Source: Oscillospiraceae bacterium (GTDB lineage Bacteria; Bacillota; Clostridia; Oscillospirales; CAG-382). Taken from it: a DNA stretch of 64,000 bases. Positions within the stretch are counted from its first letter, which is position 1, and every line of letters starts with the position of its first letter. The notes under the pieces are model-generated. The model had not been told where the DNA came from. It worked only from the letters and a program-made list of their open reading frames with translations, and searched no databases. The stretch spans positions 41,566 to 105,565 of the forward strand of contig SVTH01000007.1 in the NCBI GenBank assembly GCA_015063885.1. Direction: 5' to 3'. Both the position numbers and the translations under genes were made by a program. This document shows positions 40,484-49,937 of this stretch, piece after piece.

Positions 40484-41173
40484 ATGGCAACCCGTATTCT
40501 TTGTATCGACGACGACAGCAATATTTGCGATCTTCTCTGTATGTATCTTCAGAAGGAGGGCTACGAGGTCCGCACCGCGCAGGACGGTATGGAGGGCGTC
40601 AGCCTGTTCCGCACCTACGAGCCCGATCTGGTGCTTTTGGACATTATGATGCCCCGTATGGACGGCTGGCAGGTCTGCCAGGAGATCCGCAAGCAATCCT
40701 CCAAGCCCATCATTATGGTCACCGCAAAAGGGGAGACCATCGACAAGGTTCTGGGTCTGGAGCTGGGTGCCGACGATTTCATCGTCAAGCCCTTTGATAT
40801 GAAGGAGGTCTGCGCCCGCATCAAGGCGGTTTTGCGCCGCTACGCCAAGCACGACAACGCCGACGGCGAGGTCATCAAGTTCGACAACCTGGAGATCTCT
40901 CTCCAGAAGTACGAGCTGAAGATCAAGGGCAAGGCCATCGACCTTCCCCCCAAGGAGCTGGAGCTGATCTACTTCCTGGCCTTCAATTACAACCGCGTCT
41001 TCACCAGAGACCAGCTGTTGGATAAGGTCTGGGGCTTTGATTACCTGGGCGACAGCCGTACCGTGGACGTACACATCAAGCGTCTCCGCGAGAAGCTGGA
41101 GGGCGCCTCCGAAAAATGGACGCTGAAGACCATTTGGGGCGTGGGGTATAAGTTCGAAGTGGCAGAAGAATAA
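40484..41173 (+). CDS. OmpR-family response regulator (no adjacent kinase)
   Basis: RILCIDDD...DIMMPRMDG...winged helix WGVGYKF. Confidence 0.9.
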   Translation: MATRILCIDDDSNICDLLCMYLQKEGYEVRTAQDGMEGVSLFRTYEPDLVLLDIMMPRMDGWQVCQEIRKQSSKPIIMVTAKGETIDKVLGLELGADDFIVKPFDMKEVCARIKAVLRRYAKHDNADGEVIKFDNLEISLQKYELKIKGKAIDLPPKELELIYFLAFNYNRVFTRDQLLDKVWGFDYLGDSRTVDVHIKRLREKLEGASEKWTLKTIWGVGYKFEVAEE

Positions 41174-41205
41174 GTTCTGCCCCGGGAACGTAATCTTGTT
41201 TTACC

Positions 41206-42705
41206 GTGCGGGGCATCTTTGGGGGTGCTCCGCATTTTTTCCTCAATGAAAGGGGAGTGTTGCCATTGTTTAAAACCTTTGCGGAAGGGCTATATGCTGC
41301 TTCCCCCTCGGCGGGTGTGGTGGTCTCCATCGCCGCCATTCTGTTCTGCGGCTTTGCCATGACCAGGCTCACCAAGCTTTGCCGCCTGCCCAACGTCACC
41401 GCCTACATCCTGACGGGGATCCTGCTGGGTCCTTATTGCCTGGCGCTCATCCCCGCTCCCGTGGCGGAGGGGATGGACTTTTTATCCGACGTGGCCTTGT
41501 CCTTCGTGGCCTTTTCCATCGGGGAATTCTTCCGCCTTTCCGTTTTGAAGAAAAACGGGGGAAGGGTGCTGGTCATCGCTTTGCTGGAGGCCACCCTGGC
41601 GTCCGCCTTGGTGTTCGTCTTATTGTATTTCGTTTTGAAGCTGCACTTAGCCTTCTCCGTGGTCCTTGCCGCCCTGGCGGCGGTGACGGCACCCACCTCC
41701 ACGGCGGTGACCATCCGTCAGACGGGGGCAAAGGGGGAGTTCGTGAACACTCTGCTTCAGACGATGGCGCTGGACGACATCATCGGATTGGCAGGCTACA
41801 GCGTGGCGGTCTCCCTGGCGCTGTCCCTGCTGTCTCCCGGGGGAGACGTAGCCCTTTGGGACGTGCTGTACCCCTTGCTTGCCAACCTGGGCGCCTTGCT
41901 GTTGGGCGGGGTGTTCGGGATCCTGATGAAATGGCTTATGCCCACAAAGCGCTCCACGGATAACCGCCTCATCATCTCCGTGTCTCTTTTGGCGGCCTTC
42001 TGCGGGGTGTGCGCCGTTCTGAACATCTCACCGCTTTTGGGGTGTATGTCCATGGGTACGGTGTATATCAACACCACCGACGACGGCAAGTTGTTCAAGC
42101 AGCTGGGGTATTTCAGCCCGCCCATCCTGCTGATCTTCTTCGTGGGGAGCGGCCTGCGCTTTGACCTGGGGGCCTTGCTGTCCCCCGTGGGAGCCGTGGG
42201 AAGCGTTTCCCTGTTGACGGTGGGCATCCTGTATTTCGCCGTGCGCATCCTTGGGAAATACCTGGGCGCCTTCCTGGGCTGTCAATTGGTGCACAGCTCA
42301 AAAAAGACCCGCAATTACTTAGGCCTTGCCCTGATCCCCCAGGCGGGGGTGGCCATCGGTCTTGCCGCCATCGGCGCCCGTGCCATCGGCGGGGAGGTGG
42401 GGAGTGCTTTGCACACCGTGATCCTGGCGGCAGGCATTCTTTACGAGCTAACGGGCCCTGCCCTGGCAAAGCTTGCCCTGTTCCTTTCCGGCTCCTATTC
42501 CGAAAAGCTGGAGGATCTGGTCCCCGCAGAGGAAGTGAACGGGGGAGAACAGCTTTCCGACGCAGAGCTTCTCATCCGCCGCATCCGCAAGATCCAGGAG
42601 ACCCTGCCGCCCCCCCACGAGGAGGAGCAGGCCTTCACGGAAGCCGCCGAGGAGCATTGGGAGGCTTACCGTATTCGCCGCAGAAACTTCGGCAGACTTC
42701 GCTGA
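41206..42705 (+). CDS. Cation:proton antiporter (CPA family) with a short cytoplasmic tail
   Basis: Polytopic protein; ...LPNVTAYILTGILLGP... The true start may be a TTG near 41266, after GGGGAG. Confidence 0.75.
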   Translation: MRGIFGGAPHFFLNERGVLPLFKTFAEGLYAASPSAGVVVSIAAILFCGFAMTRLTKLCRLPNVTAYILTGILLGPYCLALIPAPVAEGMDFLSDVALSFVAFSIGEFFRLSVLKKNGGRVLVIALLEATLASALVFVLLYFVLKLHLAFSVVLAALAAVTAPTSTAVTIRQTGAKGEFVNTLLQTMALDDIIGLAGYSVAVSLALSLLSPGGDVALWDVLYPLLANLGALLLGGVFGILMKWLMPTKRSTDNRLIISVSLLAAFCGVCAVLNISPLLGCMSMGTVYINTTDDGKLFKQLGYFSPPILLIFFVGSGLRFDLGALLSPVGAVGSVSLLTVGILYFAVRILGKYLGAFLGCQLVHSSKKTRNYLGLALIPQAGVAIGLAAIGARAIGGEVGSALHTVILAAGILYELTGPALAKLALFLSGSYSEKLEDLVPAEEVNGGEQLSDAELLIRRIRKIQETLPPPHEEEQAFTEAAEEHWEAYRIRRRNFGRLR

Positions 42706-42724
42706 CAAAAGGAGGAATTCATTT

Positions 42725-43429
42725 ATGATCGTAGATCCCATCGCCGATCTCTTGGGCACTTGGTCCACGGAGATCAATCTCTGTTCCGTACTGCTCCGTG
42801 TGGCAGTCTCGGTGATCCTGGGCATGCTCATCGGCTGTGAGCGCTCCAGCAAGCGTCACGCCGCGGGGCTTCGCACCTTTATGCTGGTGTCCCTGGCCAG
42901 TACCGTGGCCATTCTGATGGATCTGTACTTAGGGCGGGACCTGTTCCTGCTGTCCGCCGCTTCCGTCATCGGCATCGCCATCATCACCGTGAACTCCGTG
43001 CTGTTCACCTCCCGCAATCAGATCAAGGGGCTCACCACCTCCGTGGGACTTTGGGCCTGCGGGATCCTGGGGCTGGCCATCGGCGCAGGGCTGTATACCG
43101 TCACCATCGTGGCGTTTTTGGCCTTGCTTTGCAGTCTCTCCCTGTTCCCCCACGTGGAAGGGTATCTGAAAAACCGTTCCAACCACTTTGAGGTGCACCT
43201 GGAGCTGAAGAACGTGGCGTACCTGCAAAACTTCGTGGCCACCATCCGTGAGCTGGGGCTGACCATCGACGAGATCGAGGCCAATACCGCGTACCTGAAT
43301 TCGGGGCTGGCGGTGTACTCCCTGGCACTGACCATCACCGGCAAGGAGCTGCGGAAGTACAAGACCCACATCGAGATCATCCGTGCCCTGGGCTCTTTGG
43401 AGTACGTCAACCACATCGAAGAGATCTGA
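42725..43429 (+). CDS. MgtC/SapB family protein with a C-terminal ACT-like domain
   Basis: ...GMLIGCERSSKRHAAGLRTFMLV... MgtC signature. Confidence 0.85.
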   Translation: MIVDPIADLLGTWSTEINLCSVLLRVAVSVILGMLIGCERSSKRHAAGLRTFMLVSLASTVAILMDLYLGRDLFLLSAASVIGIAIITVNSVLFTSRNQIKGLTTSVGLWACGILGLAIGAGLYTVTIVAFLALLCSLSLFPHVEGYLKNRSNHFEVHLELKNVAYLQNFVATIRELGLTIDEIEANTAYLNSGLAVYSLALTITGKELRKYKTHIEIIRALGSLEYVNHIEEI

Positions 43430-43485
43430 AAAATATGCAAAACAAAAGCGACCTGCAAACGCAGGTCGCATTTTTTTGAAAACTT

Positions 43486-43959
43486 TTACGTGTTGGTGAA
43501 TACCGTGGAAAGATAGCACATCAATGCCAGAACCAGGGTAATCACGCCGGGCAGGTAGCTGAGAAGCTTCTTGTCCTTTTTGATGTAGTTACGCACCAAA
43601 CCCACGGCGGTGCTGATAAAGCCCAGTGCCAAAGCCACGATAGAGCAGAGGGAGGTGGTCAGGAAGGGGAGATCCCAAGCCTGCTCGGTCCACTCGGTGG
43701 TGACCTCGCCGGTCTTTCTGTTGGTAACCTCTTCAAACCAATGGTAGCTCAGGGAAGCGTAGCCTTCTTTATTGTTCATGGCATTCTGTCCCAGCAGAGC
43801 GAACAGCAGTGCAACCACGGCGATGATCCAAGCGGCGGCAAACAGAATGCTGTGGAGTTCTCTTTTATCCTTGCCTGCCTTCTTTTTCTTCTCCACTACG
43901 GGAGCAACGGCTTCATTCTGTTCCAGAACTTCCTCGGCAGCGACGTTTTTATTCTTCAT
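43486..43959 (-). CDS. Membrane protein, unknown function
   Basis: 157 aa with about 3 TM helices. A bidirectional terminator lies at about 43444-43477. Confidence 0.6.
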   Translation of the reverse strand: MKNKNVAAEEVLEQNEAVAPVVEKKKKAGKDKRELHSILFAAAWIIAVVALLFALLGQNAMNNKEGYASLSYHWFEEVTNRKTGEVTTEWTEQAWDLPFLTTSLCSIVALALGFISTAVGLVRNYIKKDKKLLSYLPGVITLVLALMCYLSTVFTNT

Positions 43960-44078
43960 GGCAAAATAACTCCTTATGATCGTTTCCTATATGTTACCAC
44001 ATTTCCCGCAGGATGTCAACCGTTATTTTGTAGAAACAGATGTCAAAAAATTGTCGGATTTGACGGAAAACCCCTGTT

Positions 44079-46382
44079 TTATTTCCCTTTCAGCTCCACG
44101 CGGCGGATCTTGCCGGAGATGGTCTTGGGCAATTCGGAGACGAATTCCACCACTCTGGGATACTTGTAGGGTGCGGTATGGGTCTTCACGTAAGTCTGGA
44201 TCTCCTTCACCAGAGCGTCGCTTTCTTGGGTCCCCTTGGTAAGGACGATGGTGGCCTTGACCACCTGGCCGCGGACGGGATCGGGAACGCCGGTAACGGC
44301 ACATTCCAGCACGTAGGGGAGCTCCATAAGGACGCTTTCGATCTCGAAGGGCCCGATACGGTAGCCGGAGGACTTGATGAGGTCGTCGGTTCTGCCCACG
44401 TACCAGTAGAAGCCGTCCTCGTCCTTCCAGGCGGTGTCGCCGGTGTGGTAGAATCCGTCGTGCATAGCGGCCCGGGTCTTTTCAAGATCTCTGTAATAGC
44501 CCATGAACAGACCGTAGGGCTTGTTGCCTTCCTCGTAGCGGATGCAGATCTCGCCCACTTCGCCCACGGCGCAGGGAGTGCCGTCCTCGTGGAAGATGTC
44601 CACGTCGTAAGCAGGGGAGGGAACGCCCATGGAGCCGGGACGGGGTGTCTCACCGTAAAGATTACCGATGGTGAGGGTGGTCTCCGTCTGTCCGAAGGCC
44701 TCCATGATCTTCAAGCCCGTAGCCTCGTGGAACTTGTTCCAAACCTCGGGGTTCAGAGCCTCGCCGGCGGTGCAGGCGTAACGGATGGTGGAAAGATCGT
44801 ATTTGGTCAGATCGCACTTGATCAGGAAGCGGTAGATGGTGGGAGGTGCGCAGAAGGTGGTCACGCCGCACTGTGCAAACAGGGGGAGCATCTTCTCGGG
44901 ATCAAACCGATCGTAGTTGTAAACGAACACAGCGCACTCGCAGAACCAACAGCCGTAAAGCTTGCCCCACAGCGCCTTACCCCAGCCGGTATCGGAGGCG
45001 GTGAAATGCAATCCCTCGGGATCCACGCAATGCCACCAGCGGGCGGTGATGAGATGCCCCAGGGCGTAGCCGTGGTCGTGGGTGGCGATGCGGGGGTAGC
45101 CCGTGGTACCGGAGGTGAACAGCTGGATCATAGGCTCCTCCAGCTTGGTGTCCACTCTGTCGAAATGCTTGGAGAAGCGGCGTACCTCGGTGTCGTAATC
45201 GTGCCAGCCCTCACGGCTGCCGTTGACCAGCACCAGGGTCTTCACCGTCTCGCACTTGGCGGCTGCGTTTTCCGCCTCTTCGGCAACCTTGCCGTCGGCG
45301 GTACAGCAGATGGCGGAGACGCCCGCCGCATCAAAGCGGTAAACGAAGTCCTTTTCCACCAGCTGATTGGTGGCGGGGATGGCAACCGCCCCCAGCTTGT
45401 GAAGGGCCAGAATTGCAAACCAGAACTGATAGTGGCGCTTCAGCACCAGCATCACACGGTCGCCCTTCTTGATGCCCAGGGACGCAAAATAGTTGGCGGT
45501 GCGGTTCACCTCGTCCTGGAGCTCCTTGAAGGTGAAATCTCTCCGGGAAAGGTCGTTGTCCACCCAGACCATGGCACGCTTGGAGGGGCATTTTTCCGCC
45601 AGGGCGTCCATGACGTCGTAGGCGAAGTTGAAGTTTTCGGGCGGGGTGAAGCGGATGTTCTTCAGCCTGCCGTTTTCGTCGATCTCCTCCTCCACGAATC
45701 TCTTGTAGATGCAGTTCTCGTATCTCTTGTTGTAGGCTACGGGATCCGCAAAGGAATCCACCTCTTTTGCAAGGAAGGGAGTCTCCTGCAAAACGGGCTG
45801 GTTTTCGGGGGTCTCCCCCTCCTTGTGGACGATGGCCAGGAACTTACAGTCTCTCCCCCCCATGGCAACCATACCGTGGGCGTGCTCGGACTCGTAGAAG
45901 ATGCTGTCTCCCTCGTTGAGGATGAATACGTGATCGTCCAGCTGGATGCGGAGCTGACCCTCCAGCACCATATCGAACTCCTGCCCGGGGTGGGTGGCCA
46001 GCTCGATGGGTGCGTTTTCCTTGGCGGCGTCGTATACCGCGGTGACCACGAAGGGCTCGGAAAGACGGTTCTTCAAGAAGGGCGCCACGTGGCGGTAATG
46101 GAAGCCGTCCCCCTTACGGATGGGCATGCCGCCTCCCGCACGGGTAAGTGTAAAGAAGCCCAGCTTGGGATCCGTGCCGGAGACCAGCTCGGAAAGGTCC
46201 ATCTGCAGCGTCAAAGCGCAGTTGTACAAAAAGTTAAAGTAAAAATCCTTTTCCCCTTTTTCCAGCTCCAGATACTCCTCTGCGGTGATCCCGCAGGCGG
46301 AGGCCAGGGCCTCGGGGGAGACGTCGGCGTTGATACGCGCCCACTTCAATCGTTCGGCGATGAGTTTGGTCTGCTGTTCCAT
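44079..46382 (-). CDS. Fusion protein: XRE-type HTH + cupin domain fused to an AMP-forming (medium/short-chain) acyl-CoA synthetase
   Basis: N-terminus IAERLKWARINADVSPEALASACGITAEEYLELEKG (HTH), then cupin (GDSIFYESEHAHG). This is followed by adenylate-forming motifs (FTSGTTGYPR, YGQTE, GDTAWKDEDGFYWYVGRTDD, ISGKIRR). Confidence 0.85.
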   Translation of the reverse strand: MEQQTKLIAERLKWARINADVSPEALASACGITAEEYLELEKGEKDFYFNFLYNCALTLQMDLSELVSGTDPKLGFFTLTRAGGGMPIRKGDGFHYRHVAPFLKNRLSEPFVVTAVYDAAKENAPIELATHPGQEFDMVLEGQLRIQLDDHVFILNEGDSIFYESEHAHGMVAMGGRDCKFLAIVHKEGETPENQPVLQETPFLAKEVDSFADPVAYNKRYENCIYKRFVEEEIDENGRLKNIRFTPPENFNFAYDVMDALAEKCPSKRAMVWVDNDLSRRDFTFKELQDEVNRTANYFASLGIKKGDRVMLVLKRHYQFWFAILALHKLGAVAIPATNQLVEKDFVYRFDAAGVSAICCTADGKVAEEAENAAAKCETVKTLVLVNGSREGWHDYDTEVRRFSKHFDRVDTKLEEPMIQLFTSGTTGYPRIATHDHGYALGHLITARWWHCVDPEGLHFTASDTGWGKALWGKLYGCWFCECAVFVYNYDRFDPEKMLPLFAQCGVTTFCAPPTIYRFLIKCDLTKYDLSTIRYACTAGEALNPEVWNKFHEATGLKIMEAFGQTETTLTIGNLYGETPRPGSMGVPSPAYDVDIFHEDGTPCAVGEVGEICIRYEEGNKPYGLFMGYYRDLEKTRAAMHDGFYHTGDTAWKDEDGFYWYVGRTDDLIKSSGYRIGPFEIESVLMELPYVLECAVTGVPDPVRGQVVKATIVLTKGTQESDALVKEIQTYVKTHTAPYKYPRVVEFVSELPKTISGKIRRVELKGK

Positions 46383-46443
46383 GTCTTTTGTTCCTTTCTG
46401 TTCCTTGGAGAGTTTTCCTGTGCTTGGCGTTGCCTGTGAGAGG

Positions 46444-46700
46444 AAAAAAGAAAGACTTTATCTGCAACGAGATAAAGTCTTTGAAACCAAAGGTACTTTA
46501 CAACCACTCATTTGACACGTCAACCAACGTTTTTCCCTTTCTACGGCGGAAACTCCGTCAACACCTGACCAAAAACAGGCTCGGCGTTGCGGCTCGGAGG
46601 TGATAAGCATCCACGTCGGCTCCTGCCTCGCACCAAACGGCAGGTCTCTGAAAACCGAAGAAGGCGAACGCCCTTGTCCTCGTCATAGCTTTTATGAAGT
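46444..46700 (-). promoter_or_regulatory. T-box riboswitch leader, candidate specifier AUC (Ile)
   Basis: GA/K-turn motif, AGAGA bulge and GGUGCGA distal loop. ..UUAUC-A-CCUC specifier context. UGGU-bulge antiterminator sharing its 3' arm with the terminator AAAGACUUUAUCU/AGAUAAAGUCUUU plus a U-run. Confidence 0.7.
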
Positions 46701-46707
46701 TGTGGAG

Positions 46708-46736
46708 ATTATAGCACGGCTTTTTTTATTTGTCAA
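46708..46736 (-). promoter_or_regulatory. Consensus sigma-A promoter (TTGACA-N17-TATAAT) driving the T-box leader
   Basis: Read directly on the minus strand. Confidence 0.8.
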
Positions 46737-46768
46737 TAGGTTTTCGTGAGTTTTCTATCATTTTTTTC

Positions 46769-48193
46769 TTATCGAACGTAGCCCATCCATTGATCCATGG
46801 CGGAAAGGCGGGTCTGGATATAGCGGGAGAGGGTCTCCGCCGTGACGGCGTTTTCCGCGATCTCCGGCTGCAAGGTGCTTTCCGTCTCCAAAAGCCCCGC
46901 TTCGATCCCCTTTTGCTGCTGCAGGAAGCTTTCGTAAAGGATGGCGGGGGAGCGGAGAACGGTGGCACGGAGCTGGGCGTAACGGGTCTTCAATTCCTCC
47001 CCGAACACCTTGCAAAGCCGTTGCCACAGCAGGCTGTCCCCTTGGTAGGACACGCCGCCCTCCCCATCGGGAGCGGGCACGCCCAGGGTGGCAGAGGTCT
47101 GCACGCCCTTCTCCGTCAGCCCGTAGGCGGTGTGGAGGGGGGAGAAGGAGGGGATCCAATGGACCCCGTCCGCCGTGGACCAAAGGGTACCCGTGGTATC
47201 TCCGTTGCCGGAGCCGAAGTATACCGTCAAAAGGAAATGATCCATCAAGGCGGTGACGTCGGTATATTGGGAAAGCTGTTTCTTCATTTCATCGTCGGAG
47301 GCCTGGCGGATAAAGCGGGAGAAGCCGCCGAAGCTCTCCTTGGCCCAATCTGCGCTTTCCGTGGAGCAATGGAGCACCGCAAAGCCGCTGTCCCCTTCGC
47401 CATAGGCGGGGTTTGCCAGGAACAGGGTTCCTTCGTTCTGCACGACGGCGGAAAGCACCGCCGTGGGACTGCCGTGGAAGCCGCTGAAGGCGCAGGCCCA
47501 ATCTCCCGGAGGCGGGGTCAAGCGGTAAAGACCCAGGTAGACCTCCCCGCTGTAGACCTGTACGGGGAAACCGCCCTGCAAGGGCGCGGCGTACCACTCC
47601 GGCGCATCAGAGGCGCTTTCACGCAGCTGCTTGCAGGCGTTCAAAACCACCTCTGCAGCGGCGGCACGGGCGTAGGTCAGGTCGGGAATACAGGGATCCA
47701 AGCGGTAAACGCTTTGCTCGCCCCAGCCCAGATCCACCGGGAAGGGGGCGCCGTTTTTAGAGAGGGAAAGGGTGATTGCAGGCTTGTCCGTGCCCTGCTC
47801 GGCGGCCGCACCGCTTTCGCAGGTGAACTGCAGGTCGCCGTGGGAATAGGAAAGAACGCCCTCGGCACCGAGATACACCTTGGGGAGTGCGGAGGTGCTT
47901 TCCGTGTCCTTGGTCTGGAGGTTCCCGCAGGTCTTGCAGATGCGGTAGGATTCTCCTCCGGAGGTCAACGTGGCCTCCACCCCTGCCACCCAGTCCCCGT
48001 AGGTGTGGGGCACCGTGGCGCGGTAATCGGAAAAATAGGTGTCTCCGCATGCACAGGTGTGGGCGGTGTAGCCCATTTCCGTGCAGGTGGGGAGGATCAC
48101 CGTATCGGTATAGGAATGCTCGTGGGGAGCGCATCCCGCCAACAGCAGGAGGCTCGCCAGCGTCAGGCAGGCAAATTTCTTCAAGGAGCTCAT
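46769..48193 (-). CDS. Lipoprotein with an N-terminal Cys-rich (C..C / TC..CG) module and a large domain of unknown function (faint CotH-like impression)
   Basis: MSSLKKFACLTLASLLLLAGC lipobox. About 474 aa. Confidence 0.65.
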   Translation of the reverse strand: MSSLKKFACLTLASLLLLAGCAPHEHSYTDTVILPTCTEMGYTAHTCACGDTYFSDYRATVPHTYGDWVAGVEATLTSGGESYRICKTCGNLQTKDTESTSALPKVYLGAEGVLSYSHGDLQFTCESGAAAEQGTDKPAITLSLSKNGAPFPVDLGWGEQSVYRLDPCIPDLTYARAAAAEVVLNACKQLRESASDAPEWYAAPLQGGFPVQVYSGEVYLGLYRLTPPPGDWACAFSGFHGSPTAVLSAVVQNEGTLFLANPAYGEGDSGFAVLHCSTESADWAKESFGGFSRFIRQASDDEMKKQLSQYTDVTALMDHFLLTVYFGSGNGDTTGTLWSTADGVHWIPSFSPLHTAYGLTEKGVQTSATLGVPAPDGEGGVSYQGDSLLWQRLCKVFGEELKTRYAQLRATVLRSPAILYESFLQQQKGIEAGLLETESTLQPEIAENAVTAETLSRYIQTRLSAMDQWMGYVR

Positions 48194-48212
48194 CCTTTCC
48201 TCAGAGTAAAAG

Positions 48213-48713
48213 TCAATTCTTTTTGCGCAGGGCACGCATCATCAAAAGCACCAAGGTCACCGCAATGGCAAAGGAGAGGAAGGCGATGACGTAGAAGGCC
48301 GCCCCCTGTACGGGATCCTGCGTCCCGTCCTGCTCCTCCTTGGAGACCATGTCCGCAATGGAGCCGGCCGTTTCCTCGTCCTCTTCGGCGTACAGGTATT
48401 CCAGCCCGCTGATGACGATGTTTTCACCGTTTTGCTCAAAGGGGAACACGTCGGCCTTGCCGTCCCCCACGGCGATGTAGATATTCCCCTCGTAAACGCC
48501 GTAGCGGATGGGGTTCACCGTACTGCCGATGAACTGATACCCGCCGCCGTCGGGGAAGAAGTTGTACCCTACGTTCAAACCCAAAACGGGGTTGGAATGG
48601 TACCAGGCGCCGTCCAGATAGGTCTCTCCCTCGTTGATGGGACCGGGGGCGCACCCGCAAAGCAAAAGCAGGGCGAATAGGGCAAGAAGTGCCGCAGAAA
48701 GGAATCTTTTCAT
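48213..48713 (-). CDS. Small lipoprotein with a C-terminal TM anchor
   Basis: MKRFLSAALLALFALLLLCGC lipobox. 166 aa. Confidence 0.65.
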   Translation of the reverse strand: MKRFLSAALLALFALLLLCGCAPGPINEGETYLDGAWYHSNPVLGLNVGYNFFPDGGGYQFIGSTVNPIRYGVYEGNIYIAVGDGKADVFPFEQNGENIVISGLEYLYAEEDEETAGSIADMVSKEEQDGTQDPVQGAAFYVIAFLSFAIAVTLVLLMMRALRKKN

Positions 48714-49345
48714 TTTCTTTTGAACTCCTGCAGGAAGGGATTGTGAGCGATCTCGTCGGAGAGGGTGGTTCTTTCGTCGTGACCGGGATAAACGGCGTAA
48801 TCCCCCGGCAGGTTGCAAAGCATCCGCAGGGTGGACCGCATATCCCCGGCGTCGCCTCCGAAATTCAAGGTGCCGATCCCTCCCTTGAACAGGGTGTCTC
48901 CGGTGAACAGATTGTCGTCAAAAAGGTAGCAAACGCTCCCCTTGGTGTGCCCGGGGGAAGGGATCACGTAGAAGGTAAACCCCGCCACGGTGTAGCTGCC
49001 CTCTTTATCGAACACGTAATCCGCCGCCTCAAAGGGACGGGGATCGTAAGGGATCAGCGTGGAAAACATATCCCGCTGTGTGAGCATATGGGCGTCCGAT
49101 TTGTGGATGCAAACGGGAGCACGCTCACTGCGGAGATCTCCCACCGCCAAAATGTGGTCGAAATGCCCGTGGGTCAGCAGAATGAGACGGCATTGGGTGT
49201 CCATACGGTGAAGCAGATCCTGGATCAGCGTCAGGTTGTCCCCCGGGTCGATGACGCAGGCGTCCCCCGTCTCCTTGTTTTTCACCACGTAGCAGTTGGT
49301 GCTCAAATCACCCACCGCCACTCTGCCGATCTCGTATCCGCTCAT
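48710..49345 (-). CDS. MBL-fold metallo-hydrolase (glyoxalase II-like)
   Basis: LLTHGHFDH motif. About 211 aa from MSGYEIG. Confidence 0.85.
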   Translation of the reverse strand: MSGYEIGRVAVGDLSTNCYVVKNKETGDACVIDPGDNLTLIQDLLHRMDTQCRLILLTHGHFDHILAVGDLRSERAPVCIHKSDAHMLTQRDMFSTLIPYDPRPFEAADYVFDKEGSYTVAGFTFYVIPSPGHTKGSVCYLFDDNLFTGDTLFKGGIGTLNFGGDAGDMRSTLRMLCNLPGDYAVYPGHDERTTLSDEIAHNPFLQEFKRK

Positions 49346-49487
49346 AAAAGACTTTCCTTTCCCGTTCCTGTATAGCCTGCCCAAAATAAGGCAAAGATAA
49401 AAGCAGGACGCTTTACTTCCTTAGTTTACCACAAAGGGAGCGGGGATGTAAAGAGGTTTTTGTAAATTTTTCAAAGGAGGACACTTC

Positions 49488-49661
49488 ATGAGCGAAAAAG
49501 AACTGCTGTATCTGGAGGACGCCCTGGGGCACGAGCAATTTCTCATGACCCAATGCACCGAGTGCGCCGCCAAGCTGACCGACCCCGGGCTGAAAAACTT
49601 CGTCAGCGGCCTGGCCGCAGGCCACGGAGAGCTGTTTAACGCCCTCTACAACGTACTGTAA
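49488..49661 (+). CDS. Small (57 aa) protein partnered with a CotF-like coat protein
   Basis: Found by hand, below the ORF-track cutoff. AAAGGAGG RBS. MSEKELLYLEDALGHEQFLMTQCTECAAKL... Confidence 0.6.
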   Translation: MSEKELLYLEDALGHEQFLMTQCTECAAKLTDPGLKNFVSGLAAGHGELFNALYNVL

Positions 49662-49684
49662 CATTTCATCGAAAGGAACCACAC

Positions 49685-49930
49685 ATGGACGACAAAAATC
49701 TCATGGAGAGCCTTCTCCTGACCACCAAAGGGGTAGGGGACCTCTACCTCCACGGCTCCATCGAATCCTCCACCGCCAAGGTGAGAGGGGTCTTCGATTC
49801 TTCCCTCACCCGTACCCTGCAGATGCAGAAGGAGATCTACGACAAAATGAAAGAAAAGGGCTGGTACCCCACCCAGAACGTGGAGCAGTCCAAGATCAAC
49901 CAAACCAAACAGAAATACGCAAGCAATTAA
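49685..49930 (+). CDS. Spore coat protein, CotF-like (Coat_F domain)
   Basis: DKNLMESLLLTTKGVGDLYLHGSIESS...R..F..SL pattern. Confidence 0.75.
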   Translation: MDDKNLMESLLLTTKGVGDLYLHGSIESSTAKVRGVFDSSLTRTLQMQKEIYDKMKEKGWYPTQNVEQSKINQTKQKYASN

Positions 49931-49937
49931 AAGAACG

